Assembly: GCF_001194135.2 (NCBI RefSeq)
Contig: NC_068987.1
Location: 100,909,791 to 100,965,957 of the forward strand
Origin: Octopus bimaculoides
Taxonomy: Eukaryota
DNA: 56,167 nucleotides
Reading direction: 5' to 3'
The notes under the pieces are model-generated. The model did not search any database. It saw only the letters and a list, made by a program, of their open reading frames with translations, and was not told where the DNA came from. This document shows positions 25,538 to 39,480 of this stretch, in pieces (the first letter of the stretch is position 1; each line of letters begins with the position of its first letter). Both the position numbers and the translations under genes were made by a program.

Positions 25538-26985
25538 GAATAGTATATAGTTCTATATCATAATATTAATTAAATATAATTCTTCTAAGAACTTATGTAT
25601 TCATATATGACTATGCAAAACTCTATGCTCTTTCTCTTTGGTCATATATGTATATGTGGGTGCGTACGTATGCGCTTATAAGCAGAGAAACGGTAATGAT
25701 GATCATGATGATCATGATGATTGTGATGATGATTACGACGACGACGACGACGATGAAAATGAAGCTGGAAATATTGACGGTGATGATTGTTAGGATGATC
25801 GCTATTAACAATTTTAAATTTTCGTTGTTATTTTGCTTTCAACTCCCACGTTATTCTTGATCAAGCTCTCTAACGATCATAGTTATTCCATGCGTGACAA
25901 TCTAGTGTTTCTCCCAGACGTAGTCCACTTAAATGATTAGAACATTATGCGGCTTTCATTTTTTTCTTTTTCCTTTTTTTTTTATTCAGTTATATGTGAT
26001 ATTTCGAGCACGTTTATCTGCTATTTCTAGCATGGTGAATAACCATCCAGAGAGACTTCGTGATGCTGCAATTGCTGTTGTAGTTCTTGTTAACAGAATG
26101 GTAGCCTTTTTTTCACAAGTGTTGGCAGTGGGGTGGAATACGTGAAAATGCAATTCTAGTCAAGTGTTGATTTTACTGTGGCACTTCCAAAGACAATATT
26201 GGATTTAACAGTGAGTGGAATGGTATGAAGTGTCGTGAAAAAAGTGTACCTTGAGCAAATGAAATGTTTGCCTGATAAAATTTTCTTGTTTTAGTTATTT
26301 TTCATTTTTTGTGGGTCTTTTTTTACGTTTAAACATTTTATTTTTATTGAGTTCAAAACTTTAAAGAATCATTAGAAACATCAATAATCTATGCCAACTG
26401 TTGATACAACAAACTTAAACAAACTATAGCCAGAGTTGAGTGACTTCAGCACAACCCGTAAAATCTGTCTGTTTATAATGAAGCCAAAATTAACGAAACA
26501 CCGCACAATTATGCGCCACATTAGCGATAATCCCCGCCAATACTGCAACTTGATCCTTATCTATATACTACTACAACAAAACTCAATGAAAAAACTCCTA
26601 TATGGTTGCTCGACCTACTTGAAATAAAAGCCCACTCCAACATATATCACACTCTACGGCTGGAGAATATTGTTCTGGACTTTGTGAACATAAGGAAACC
26701 AGTGAATGGCCATTGCTGAAATGCGTAAAATCATAGGTGTAAGTGATCAGACGTTATTAGAGGTCAGACAACACAGCGGAAAATGCTCACCATAAGGTAC
26801 TTCATCAATTGTTTATACATTCATGCTATCAAAACTACCACAAACGCTACCACCAACAACAACATGTATACATAGGCACGTATATTCATACATGTCTATA
26901 TAAATGTATAAACCTAGATATCCGCACAAGCATGCATATGCGTACAAGAATACAAACACATGCACACACATGTATAATTATATAT

Positions 26986-27422
26986 AGGCGCAGGCGTGGC
27001 GGTGTGTATAGGCACAGGCGTGGTTGTATGGACAGGTGCAGACGTGGCTGTGTGGTAAGAAGTTTGCTTTCTAACCACGTTGCTCCGGGTTCAGGCCCAC
27101 TATGTGGGACCTTGGGCAAGAGTTTCCTACTAAAGCCTCGGGCAGACCAAAGCCTTGTGAGTGGATTCAGTAGAGAGATAATGAAAGAAGCTCGATGTAT
27201 GTGTGTGTGTGTGTGTGTGTGTGTTTGTCCCCTCATCACCGTTGGTGCGTTTGCGTATCCGTAACATAGCGATTCGGCGAACGGCCCGATACAATAAGTA
27301 CTTGGCTTCAAAATCAAGTCCTGGGGTAGATTTATTTGACTAAACCCTTTCAAAGTGGTGCACCAGCACGGCTGCAGTGAAATGACTGAAACGAAACGAG
27401 TAAAAGAATAATGGATTAAAAG
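26986..27422 (+). mobile_element. tRNA-derived CORE-type SINE with internal (TG)n and triplicated head
   Basis: Box A/B-like gtggctgtgtggtaag..ggttcaggccc, CORE-like accttgggcaag, and tail ..aatgactgaaacg.. Related copies at 22140-22575 and 39225-39480. Confidence 0.8.
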
Positions 27423-27913
27423 NNNNNNNNNNNNNNNNNNNNNNNNNNNNNNNNNNNNNNNNNNNNNNNNNNNNNNNNNNNNNNNNNNNNNNNNNNNNNN
27501 NNNNNNNNNNNNNNNNNNNNNNNNNNNNNNNNNNNNNNNNNNNNNNNNNNNNNNNNNNNNNNNNNNNNNNNNNNNNNNNNNNNNNNNNNNNNNNNNNNNN
27601 NNNNNNNNNNNNNNNNNNNNNNNNNNNNNNNNNNNNNNNNNNNNNNNNNNNNNNNNNNNNNNNNNNNNNNNNNNNNNNNNNNNNNNNNNNNNNNNNNNNN
27701 NNNNNNNNNNNNNNNNNNNNNNNNNNNNNNNNNNNNNNNNNNNNNNNNNNNNNNNNNNNNNNNNNNNNNNNNNNNNNNNNNNNNNNNNNNNNNNNNNNNN
27801 NNNNNNNNNNNNNNNNNNNNNNNNNNNNNNNNNNNNNNNNNNNNNNNNNNNNNNNNNNNNNNNNNNNNNNNNNNNNNNNNNNNNNNNNNNNNNNNNNNNN
27901 NNNNNNNNNNNNN

Positions 27914-28480
27914 NACATATCCCACTTCTAACGCACCCTCTGCCTACCCATTTACCCCACCTCTACCCCAACCTCAACCTAACTCGTACCCAACCCCTGC
28001 TTTCCCCACTCTCACCTCCCCACCTCCCAACACCATCACACCACACCACACTACACCATACCACAAAACATCACATCACAACACACCACCACATACTCAC
28101 CAGTACTGACCAATTCCTATCTTCACATTTTCACACCTACACACACACACACACGTCAAGATAGACAGCCCTCTTTCACACGCACATACGCTCTCTCTAT
28201 GTGTGCCTTCGTTTTGTGATTACTACTATTTTGTAATCTCCCCTTCTTCTTAACTTTCCTGTGTGACCCTTCTGTCCGGCATTCGCCGTGATAAATCGCT
28301 AAGCACTACACACATTCTTTTTTCTCTGCTTGTTTCTCGCCTTGTTTCTTTCTGTGTTCCTTTCTGTGGAAGAGCGTAGGCTCGAAACGTTAAAGACTTT
28401 TTCAATTCCCGAGCGTTATACTAATACAGTTGTTTGTTTCCTACACCACCTGTCTTCGTCTTTTGTTGTTTTTTTGTGAA
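27914..28480 (+). mobile_element. Penelope-like element 3' end / pseudo-LTR
   Basis: Contains gaagagcgtaggctcgaaacgt, a PLE-type motif. A second copy lies inverted at 50420-50600. Ends in (TA)n. Confidence 0.6.
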
Positions 28481-28489
28481 TTCTCCCTG

Positions 28490-28568
<79 letters not shown>

Positions 28569-28924
28569 GACAGAGAAGAGGGAGAGAGAAGAGGGAGATT
28601 AAAGGAGCGAATGGGGGAGGTAAAAAAAGAGAGGAGAGAGAAACTTCAAGGCCTGTACAAAGGTATAGATATTAGGAAGTTATCCATAAACTTTCGGCAG
28701 CTGTTAAGTGAAGGTCAAGGAAAATTTTGGCACATCAAGCAACTAAAATTTCACACTCGCTTGAGCGTGCCAGAATTGGTGACTAAGTCAGGTGACAACG
28801 AGTGTAAAGGCATACAGGAAAATTTTGTTGGCATGTCCAATATAATCCGGATACAGGCTGTAGATATGAAGCATATTCAACTGTGAGTTATTTCGGATAG
28901 GATAAAGGATAAAGATCATGTAGA

Positions 28925-29140
28925 CTCATAGAGCCGGTCTCCTGGTGTTTGTCCCCGCATATATTCCCCGCTGGAGATAGTCCTTATCTGGATTACTCAT
29001 TTTAACCAGCTGAGTGGAGTGGAGCAACTTGAAAATAAATGCTTTTAATCAAGAACACGACAAGACGTCCGGCCCAGGAATGGAAATCACAATTTTAGGA
29101 CCATGAGTCCAACATCTTAATCACTAAACCATTCGCCTTC
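28925..29140 (-). mobile_element. CORE-type SINE (diverged)
   Basis: The reverse complement has gaatggtttagtgattaagatgttggactca..cttgtcgtgttcttgattaaaagcattt..ttgctccactccactcagctgg. Confidence 0.6.
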
Positions 29141-29394
29141 TTGAAAGATGTTTCAACAAGAGAGAAAAATAAATAGACAAACTGGAGGTAATTGTGTGAT
29201 GCTTAACGCTAAGAAGACAATAGTATAAGTAGTTAGACGTTTGTCCCAGAAGAAATAAAAAGGCAAGACAAGAGGGAGAATGGTGTGACCAGCGGCAGCT
29301 CGGAAATCAAAACGAAAGATGAAACCTAGATAGAATAGTTAGTTTCATGGAAAGTCATAAAACATTGTAGGAAAGTTGAAATCTAGAATAGCTG

Positions 29395-29488
<94 letters not shown>

Positions 29489-30231
29489 GAGACGAGAGAG
29501 CGAAAACTAAAATACACAGAATTAGTTGACAAAGATCAACTTATTATTTCAAAAATTTTGAGGGAAGATAAAGATAATTTTGACACATTAATCCTCAGTT
29601 TTATACTCTGGTTTCAGCGGGCCCGGATTACCACTGAAATATACAAAAATTAACAGAGACAAACTGAACATATGACGAAATTACGAAGTGAGATCTTACG
29701 TAATCTCAGTCACATCTTTCGCAAAGAGAAAAATATCCAACAGCAGACAAATGTAACAATAAGACAAAAGAGTGCGTATGTGAACTTTTGGTATATATCT
29801 GCATATATAAATCAATCAGCATGCTATCGAGGTATATAAATCGAAATATATCTTGTGTTTTTCTGTCTACAAGTATGTATGTATGTATGTATGTATGTAT
29901 GTATGTATGTATGTATGTATGCTTGTATCTATATATGCCTCCATATATGAACAAATATTAACTTTGGGAATGTTTTTGTGGCCAGTGATATGAATTTGGA
30001 AGGAAGAAAAAACATATATCCAATATTTTTTCATAAGCGCCATCGTTGAATTTGTAGAATCATTATTTCATTCCATAGAATGCTTACGGTATTCGTTCCA
30101 GCTTTCAATTTTTGAGTTCAAATATCCACTGAGTCAATTCTCACTTTCATTGAAAATGAGGTACTGCAGCCGATTTTTCTCTCAATCACATTTTCTTTCT
30201 CTCTCATTTTACGATGACAGCGCATTCCATA

Positions 30232-30545
30232 GTGTTTAGGGTATTCGGCTCAGAATCGCAAGGTTGCGACTTTGATTCCTAGCGGTGTGTTGTGTCCTTG
30301 AGCAAGACACTTTATCTTACATTGCTCCAGTTCCCTCAATTTCCAAACATGAGTAGTACCTGTATTTCAAAGTGCCAGTTTTGACGCATTTTGTGTCATG
30401 CTCAGTCTCTCTGAGAACTATTTTAAGAGTACGCGTCTCTGTAGAATCTTTAGACACTTGCACGTTAATTTCACGAATAGGTTGTTCTGTTGATCGTATC
30501 AACTGGTACCCACATCGTCGCAAGCGACAGGGTGCCATTTATCTC
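30232..30545 (+). mobile_element. tRNA-head CORE-type SINE
   Basis: tagtgtttagggtattcggctcaga..tgtgttgtgtccttgagcaagacactttat (CORE-like), with tail ..caagcgacagggtgcc. Confidence 0.7.
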
Positions 30546-31075
30546 ATTTGACATTGCAAATGTTCGATTTCTTCTTCCCAAGATTGTACAAACTGACAAT
30601 TTTGTTGAAACACAATATGTCTGAAAATCTTCGACGAAAAAGCATCTGCTCTTCGTCGCGACTGACGGAGACGGCCCAACAACATATATTCACGTACATA
30701 TGCATATTTATGCATTTGTGTATATATAATATTCTATATTCATCCATATATATACGTGTTCATGTCTGTATTTCGACACATACAAACATACACACACACA
30801 CATATACCTATTACATGTAAATTTCTCGCAAAAATCGATTTATGCACACCATGTGTACTCAAACAAATAACATATAATCACACAGGTTTTAACGCATAAG
30901 TAAACCATATATACATACACAAGTGTTTGTTTACATGAATGCTTAAACACACAGATACTTGTACGTGCGTATGATTAAATAAACGTATGCTTATAAGGCT
31001 TAGTATTAATGTTTATATTGACTTGGTTATGTGATGTCTTGTATGTGTGTGCTTGCATATGTATGTTTATGTGTG

Positions 31076-31151
<76 letters not shown>

Positions 31152-31544
31152 TATATGTATGTGTATACAATGTATATATATATATATATGTATTTACATT
31201 TATACATATGCTATATATATGTATGTCTATAGGTGTGTGTGTGTTGTGTGTGTGTATTTGTGTGTGTGTGCGTATGTATGTGTGTGTGTGAACTCACGTA
31301 CGCATGCATTAAAATGAACTGAACTCTCGGATATTCGTCCTGACATCAGTCAATCTCCGTTTGACATGTTGTAACGACATAACTCAATACCAAACATTTG
31401 CTCTCCACTTAGCGGAAATCAATCACAAGACATTTTTTTCGAGTATTGAACAAGTAACGTGTTTTGGCACAACTATCAACAAATATTCACAGCGCCATCT
31501 TTTTTTTACTTCTTAATTTGGTTTACAATTCTATGATTGTTATT

Positions 31545-31548
31545 ATTA

Positions 31549-31637
<89 letters not shown>

Positions 31638-31668
31638 TGTTGTTGTTGTTGTTGTTGTTGTAGTAGTA
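31545..31668. repeat. Compound microsatellite (ATT)n-(AGT)n-(GTT)n
   Basis: Read directly from the sequence. Confidence 0.95.
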
Positions 31669-31859
31669 GAAGATATTTCGTTTTTGTATTTTTTTTCTTT
31701 AGACAGTTGACACCTCGTACTTGAAATGCCATTTTCATTCTCTTTATTAGGAGATTTAACTGCAGGTGAAAGAATAACTAAAAAGGTATAAAGAGACTTT
31801 GTTGAGGGACAATAATACAGAATTTAATCAAAAGCTGTATTTTCAGTGATACACATTTC

Positions 31860-32050
31860 CAATAGTTCTTTTTAATATCGGCAGAATGCCTTAAATTGAA
31901 GTGACAGTCATATTATGTGATCGACCCGGAGGAGTGATAGATAAACTTGACAGGGGCGGAATTTGAACATTCAGAACATTGGGAGAGCCAGAAGAAATAT
32001 ATCGAGGCATTTTGTTTGACATGATAACGATTCTGCTGTTCTGCCAACCT
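31860..32050 (-). mobile_element. SINE, same family as 9275-9495
   Basis: The reverse complement reads ttggcagaacagcagaatcgtta..tgttctgaatgttcaaattccgcc..gggtcgat. Confidence 0.65.
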
Positions 32051-32069
32051 CACACAATGAAATGAACGT

Positions 32070-32109
<40 letters not shown>

Positions 32110-32220
32110 NNNNNNNNNNNNNNNNNNNNNNNNNNNNNNNNNNNNNNNNNNNNNNNNNNNNNNNNNNNNNNNNNNNNNNNNNNNNNNNNNNNNNNNNNNN
32201 NNNNNNNNNNNNNNNNNNNN

Positions 32221-32263
<43 letters not shown>

Positions 32264-33604
32264 GCATTGCACATTTCTAACGGTAATAATACGTATTCCA
32301 TTTCTAGGTGTTCTTGCTCTCGTTGTCGCGGCAAGTCAACATATTTCCACTTCAATATTTGAATTGCTGTACTGGTTGATACATGGTTTGTGGGTATAAA
32401 ACAATGCCTACATTCAGGAATAGACGGCAAAAGAAATGGACAGATTGTTGCTTATTTAATATCCGGCAAAAATGGAAGGTGAGAGTTAAAGAATTAACTG
32501 AGCCCAGACGACTTCAAAAGAGTGACATATTTTGATTATATAAATTATCTTTACAAAGTGTGTAGCCACATTTAACAACCCATTATGACTCTAGCATTTA
32601 TTTCAAGGGGTAACGTGTATCAATATTGGTTCACTTGCTTAATATATCTAGTTCTGTATGCAAAACAAAGTCCTTGCTTTGACAGAACACAATCAGGTTT
32701 TTGCTCATAGCGTTTTCATTCTTCACATAGAGAACTGCGATAAAAGTTTGTGTTTATGCTGAAATGTGAGAAATTTGGAGGAACATTGACGTAAATTCTT
32801 TAATGAATGGTCATGTATTTATCTGAACAAACTGTGTAAAATTATCACAAATCCAACCAACACTTTCTGCAATGATAGGAAATATAAAACAATTCAATTC
32901 CTACCACACTCCCAAGAGGAAAGCTCATAAGTAGGTCAGAACTACTTTCTAATTCTCATCACAAGAAGAGGTTCTTTTTCGACGCAAATTAATAAAGTCT
33001 AGCCTGCAGCAAGTGAGTTTTTAATATCTATAAATACAATCAGGTCTCATTACCGTTCGGCCCTTTTGCGATAACCATTAGGAGAGTTTAAATGTTAATA
33101 TTTTAAATTTTCAGAGAAGTCTGTCCAGTACTCACTCCGTAGCTTATTTAGCCACTTTATCTTGTTATGTTATGAATCATGTTATGCTATCACTTTTTTA
33201 ATTTTCAGATGCCTCTCAGAAATGACTCCACATCATTCTCAGGAGAATCTATCACAATCTTGATTGTATGGCATTTCTTATTGCGACTCATTTTTACAGG
33301 GTTTATTTTAGAAAATTTGTAAATTATATATTTTTTGTTCTAATAGATATTTTTAATGTATAATGTTTATCCTATGGTTCGAAGTTGGAGTTTAAGCGCA
33401 ATAAGCTAAACTGTCTGTATTAATATTAAATAGATTAGTATTCATTACAGAAAGGTGAAAAGTTCGCTTATACTAACGTGACTGCTTTCCACGCCATCTG
33501 TATTTAGGCATATTCACTCACATAAATACACACACGCTCTCATTCACACAATATAGATAGAGAGAAACAGACAGACAGACAGACAGACAGATAGACAGAG
33601 AGAC

Positions 33605-33653
<49 letters not shown>

Positions 33654-33959
33654 TTGGCAGATAGATAGATAGATAATACATACATACATACATACATACA
33701 TACATACATACATAGACGCTGGTAGGTACTATGCATGTAAGTATATATGTATATCATGCATGCGTGTGTGTTTATGTGTGTGAGTGTGTGTGTGAGTACT
33801 GTGTGTGTGAATGTGTGTGTGTGAAAAAGAGAGGGAGAGAGTTTTACCAGTGACTAAGAACAATAAAAATTGAAATGGCCGTGTAATAATCAAGTATGGA
33901 ATTAGAGTCGAAATCAATTTGGTTATTTTCAACAAAGATAGATAGCTTTTGAGCCCCTA

Positions 33960-34200
33960 TGCCAGACCGGCTAAACTATGAGACGAAAGCATACAACAGT
34001 TCTGATTTACCTAAAGTGGTTAAACCTGGGCAACTGACAACACGTTCAATACAAACACAAGGATCGACTCTCCTACGGACTTGCAATAGCTTTCTGTCTA
34101 CCAAATTTCATCTACAACAACATCGACAGGCTGCACTACTTTGCATACAGCTCTCCGCATACACTTAGCTAATCATTTGACCTAACACAAGAAGGAGTGT
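33960..34200 (-). mobile_element. Diverged SINE
   Basis: Contains tttctgtctaccaaatttca, the reverse complement of the SINE core seen at 22260 and 11725. Confidence 0.5.
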
Positions 34201-35350
34201 ACACTATCGAGTGAGTTAGATAGAGAGGGAGAGGAAGATGGTGAGAGAAGGTGAGATAGTGGGAGAGAAGTGTAGAATTATATAATATTTATATGTTCCC
34301 AAGAATCTTAATTTACAATTTAATACCGTGAATCCAAAATATATCATATGTTGATACGTTCCCGGTAAGATTCTGTTGGATTTGAACACTGAAACGGTAC
34401 ATTCAAAACAAAATGAGGTTACTAGATTTCTTAATATGTCCGTTTTCAGATTTATTCTCCAATTGACAGAATCTATCTAAGAAGGTTGCTGATTCCTAAA
34501 AGAATTGTTTCCTGCTGATATATCTGGATGATGGTTGTGGTAAATGGTGGGTGTTTACTTTTGCTTCACTACCATTAACGTCAGCATTATTATTATCATT
34601 ATTATTATTATTGTTGTTGTTGTTGTTTTGCTATTTTGTTATATTGTTGTTGTTGCGCTTATGTTCCTTTTGCTGCTGTTTTTCTTGTTGTTATAGTGTA
34701 TATCTGAAATGGCAAAGGAAACGTCTGTGACTGGCCATAAGGAATGATTGAGAAATCAGGCGAAAACATAATTTAATCGACCACTGAAGAAAGCGATAGA
34801 AGAATTTACGTCTGTGAGAAATAGCGAATAATCTGGAAGCTTTTTCGCTCAACTGACCTTTGGCCAAATTTTACTACTGGCAACGGCTTTCAGTCAGTTC
34901 TATCGTTTGCCTTTCGTTTGTTTTATGTCTTTATTTTCTTTCATTTAGTTGAACATTCAATTGTTTCTTAAAGCCTCACACTTTCCTATTTATACCTCTC
35001 TGTCTCCCCATCTAAATCTGTATCTTGTTATCTATATATCAATCTTACTTTATACTGTTTATCTCTAGACAGAAAAGTATTTCTTCTCCCTCTCTTTTTT
35101 CTTCCCTTCTATCTATTTCTCTATCATTTTCCATTTCTTTCTTTCTTCATATATAGTTGTATATCTGTGTGTGTTCAAATGTATAGTTCTGTCTGTCTAT
35201 TTATCTATCAATCCACCTATCTGTTTCATTCAATTTATCATATAGTGTTAATTCGCATCTACCAAGTTAATATATATGAGTGCATATGTATGAATGTACA
35301 TGTATATATATGTATGTATATGTGTATATAAATGTATGTATGTATGTATG

Positions 35351-35442
<92 letters not shown>

Positions 35443-35555
35443 CACACACACACACACGCACACACAAATTCATACAAAAACTTATTCGGTGACATCATTT
35501 CTATCACTTTATCTTTGTCTAGGTTCTCTTACCATATACTCTATCTGCTTGTCTT

Positions 35556-35603
<48 letters not shown>

Positions 35604-38284
35604 CATATATATATATATAGTACGTATATATTGATGCCTAAAATATGTTCACATCTATGTATAAGAATGTTTGTGCATTTCTGTGCTGGGTTTGGGTGTA
35701 TGTGTATGTGTATGTGTGCATATGTGTGTGCATTTGTGTATATCAGAAATAATATATTCATTCACACACCTCGTTATCTGTGTATTAATGCATACACACA
35801 ATCTGTCGTATTGTCTTTCTCTTTCCCTCACTCTCATTTTTGTTTTTCATTCTCTCTCTTTTTTCTTCCCTTCAATGTATATATCAGTCTACGTTAGTTT
35901 ACATGAATATTTACGTATACGTATACATGTGACTATATATATATATATATATATATATNNNNNNNNNNNNNNNNNNNNNNNNNNNNNNNNNNNNNNNNNN
36001 NNNNNNNNNNNNNNNNNNNNNNNNNNNNNNNNNNNNNNNNNNNNNNNNNNNNNNNNNNNNNNNNNNNNNNNNNNNNNNNNNNNNNNNNNNNNNNNNNNNN
36101 NNNNNNNNNNNNNNNNNNNNNNNNNNNNNNNNNNNNNNNNNNNNNNNNNNNNNNNNNNNNNNNNNNNNNNNNNNNNNNNNNNNNNNNNNNNNNNNNNNNN
36201 NNNNNNNNNNNNNNNNNNNNNNNNNNNNNNNNNNNNNNNNNNNNNNNNNNNNNNNNNNNNNNNNNNNNNNNNNNNNNNNNNNNNNNNNNNNNNNNNNNNN
36301 NNNNNNNNNNNNNNNNNNNNNNNNNNNNNNNNNNNNNNNNNNNNNNNNNNNNNNNNNNNNNNNNNNNNNNNNNNNNNNNNNNNNNNNNNNNNNNNNNNNN
36401 NNNNNNNNNNNNNNNNNNNNNNNNNNNNNNNNNNNNNNNNNNNNNNNNNNNNNNNNNNNNNNNNNNNNNNNNNNNNNNNNNNNNNNNNNNNNNNNNNNNN
36501 NATATATATATATATATATATATATAGATGTGTATGTAGATACATTTCTATGTATGTGGAAAGAGAAAGAACAGAGATGGCTGGATGCATGGATGGATGG
36601 ATTGATGAATGGATGGATGGATAGGTACACAGATTGATAAATAGAGAACCAGGCAGGGAGAGAGAGAAAGTGGTACACAAAATCTTTTAACCGCATACAT
36701 ATCTCACGTAACGTACATTACATGATATATCCCATTACTAGTCTCGTATCATACATACCTATCTGATATTAGTCATACTTCCCTGCATATGTAATAATAT
36801 ATGTGCATAACTACGTCTGCATGCTCACCATATGTAGACATGTTATTTGTTTACCTTCATGCGGTACCCTGGCTGAATAGCTTCAGCGCGGGGAAATGTT
36901 ATGCGATATTTCTTGCAGCTCTTTATTTTATACGTCCAAATTTCGCCGTGTTTAAAGAAGCTTTTCTTCCTTTCGAGGTCGATAAAATAAAGTACCAGTG
37001 AAGAGCTGGGTTTTGTGGTGTCCACTAACCGACTCGTCTCAAACTTATACCTCAATTAAGAAACATTACTCATTTTATTTTCTATCAATAGTCTTCTATC
37101 AATAAATACATGTACTAACCTAACTCGATATGTGCGTGCCTATGCGTGTATGTATGTGTGTGTGTATGCGTGCATGCGCGAGCGTTTGTGAGCATGTGTA
37201 TGTATATACACACACACTCTTTTTCTATCATGTATTTCTCATTCTGTCATAGTTGTTCGCAGTGAGATGAAAAAGAAGCAGTGCAATGTTTCGGACCAAA
37301 GAAACGTGGTTATCTAATTAAGTCGAAGAATCGCCTGAACGGTTAATACGCGATCGAATTCCTACCTAATGCTTTCAACATTGACGATGGATGAAGAAGC
37401 CGATAGCAGTCAATCAATCAATAACAACTCCAATACGAATGTGACATTAATAAGAAACCGTTTCATACGCACCAATTCATATGTCACCCCATTCAGTGGA
37501 AACATTATATTGGTGATTCATAAGGAGACCCGTTCTCTTAAGAAACAAACTCACTTACAAGTCGTCTTTTTTACTGTGTGCTTGTGTGCACTGAGTTGGA
37601 CGTATAACGCTGCTGGGAAATGCTATTAATCACGACAAAGAACTGGATATTGTTGCTTAAAGTGGAAATATATTTATCCAAAGTTAGTCAGATTTAATCC
37701 CTATGCTGAGATTCTCCCCTCTAAATCCGCAAGTAGTCATCTAAGGAAAAAGGTTTGCTCTGTACCTATATCGATTGCTAACGTTCGTGTGATATTGAAA
37801 ATATCTGGGTGGGAATTATTATTACATAGATGAGTGCATATTAGTTTAGAAACAAAAAAGAAATTCATGATAAAAATGTTAGAAAAAAAATCCATAAAAT
37901 AATAAGAGTTTATAAATTTTTGCATACAGGGATATAGTACAGATGATTCTTTTGACAAGATTAGTAAGAAAAGTTTTTAGGAGAATACCATTGTTGTGCG
38001 CTTCGATGAACTTATAAGTTTAAACATGTTTAAAAAAATTGTGAACTGGTGTTTATTAAACGGGGAAATGAATAATTTGCGATAAAGAGTTAAATTATAA
38101 GTAATCAATTCTTTCCATATATACTATAAGCGGATTGAGATGAGAGATACAAAGGAACAGTGGATGTATTATATACAGGCCAACATATATCGTTTGAATA
38201 TTTATATTGTGTACTACATATGTCACGCATACTCACATTTACAAATATTTCTGTATGTACAACACACACACACACATATATATA

Positions 38285-38585
38285 AGATGACTCTGTCGTC
38301 GTTAGACGACGTATGAGGGTTCAACAGTTTCTTACCGAACAACCACACAGATGATTTGTTTACAGTGATCAAATCTTTTTGTAGACATAAGCTCATTCCT
38401 CCATCAGATCGACATTACCTGTACAGGTGCAACGGGTGCCATATGTCAGATGTCAAAATGATCACAGAGCAACGTAAAATAAAATGATTTACTCAAGAAC
38501 ACAACGCTATGCCCAGTCTGGGTATCAAACCCACGATCTCACAATCGTGAGTGGAACACACTTACCACTAAGCCAAGCGCGTTCA
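38285..38585 (-). mobile_element. tRNA-head CORE-type SINE
   Basis: The reverse complement has cttggcttagtggtaagtgtg..gggtttgataccc (box A/B-like) and gcgttgtgttcttgagtaaatcatttta (CORE-like). Confidence 0.7.
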
Positions 38586-38602
38586 CATGATAGATTGATC
38601 GA

Positions 38603-38657
<55 letters not shown>

Positions 38658-39224
38658 TCGGAGTGACTTCTTATAAATATTCGTAGAAAGCGTGTACATG
38701 TGTGTGCTATAATATAGTGTGTGTATATGCGTGTTAAAATAAATAAATCTTACGCTGGAGAGGTATCGTCTGGCAATCTGATATTATTTTAGACTTTCTA
38801 ATCTCTGGTTATTGTTAAACTCATTTATTTACCGACCGGGAAACTGAAACTAGTTAAATAGTTTTCTAATATACCGACTCCAACTAAATGTCTGCACCAG
38901 TTATAAGATAGAGTTACCTTAATTTATATGGTATACTAACCGTAAAAATGTTAATCCATATAGATATGCAGTATTGCAGTGATTCTGCAGTGCAGTATTG
39001 CAGAATCACTATTTTGTGTATATACTTACACATACAGATGTCATTTTGTATGTACATTGTAAATATACATATATTATAACTTAGTGTTTTATAATAATGA
39101 TTCACGTGTGTGTAGCTGCGTTTGTGTCTTAGTACCAGCGTGTGTGTACAAATAATTATATATATTGTTACTATCTTATATGCATACATACATATATATG
39201 TGTGTTGTTATGTATGTATACATC

Positions 39225-39480
39225 TACTCTTTTAATTGTTTTAGTCATTTGATTATGGCCATGCTGGAACATCGCCTTTAGTTGAGCAAGTCGACCCCGG
39301 GACTTATTCTTTGTAAGCTTAATACTTATTCTATCGATCTCTTTTACCGAACCGCTAAGTTATGGGGACATAAGCACACCAGCATCGGTTGTCAAGCGAT
39401 TTTGGGGGACAAACACACAAATATACACACACACACACACATACATACATACATACATACATAAATACATACATACATAT
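39225..39480 (-). mobile_element. SINE 3' half, same family as 26986-27422
   Basis: The reverse complement matches the 27230-27400 portion. Runs into an N-gap. Confidence 0.75.

Noticed and set aside
30232-30310. tRNA-like sequences at SINE heads (also ~27035 and ~38540)
   Set aside because: They are SINE Pol III promoter regions continuing into CORE-type bodies, with no complete cloverleaf.
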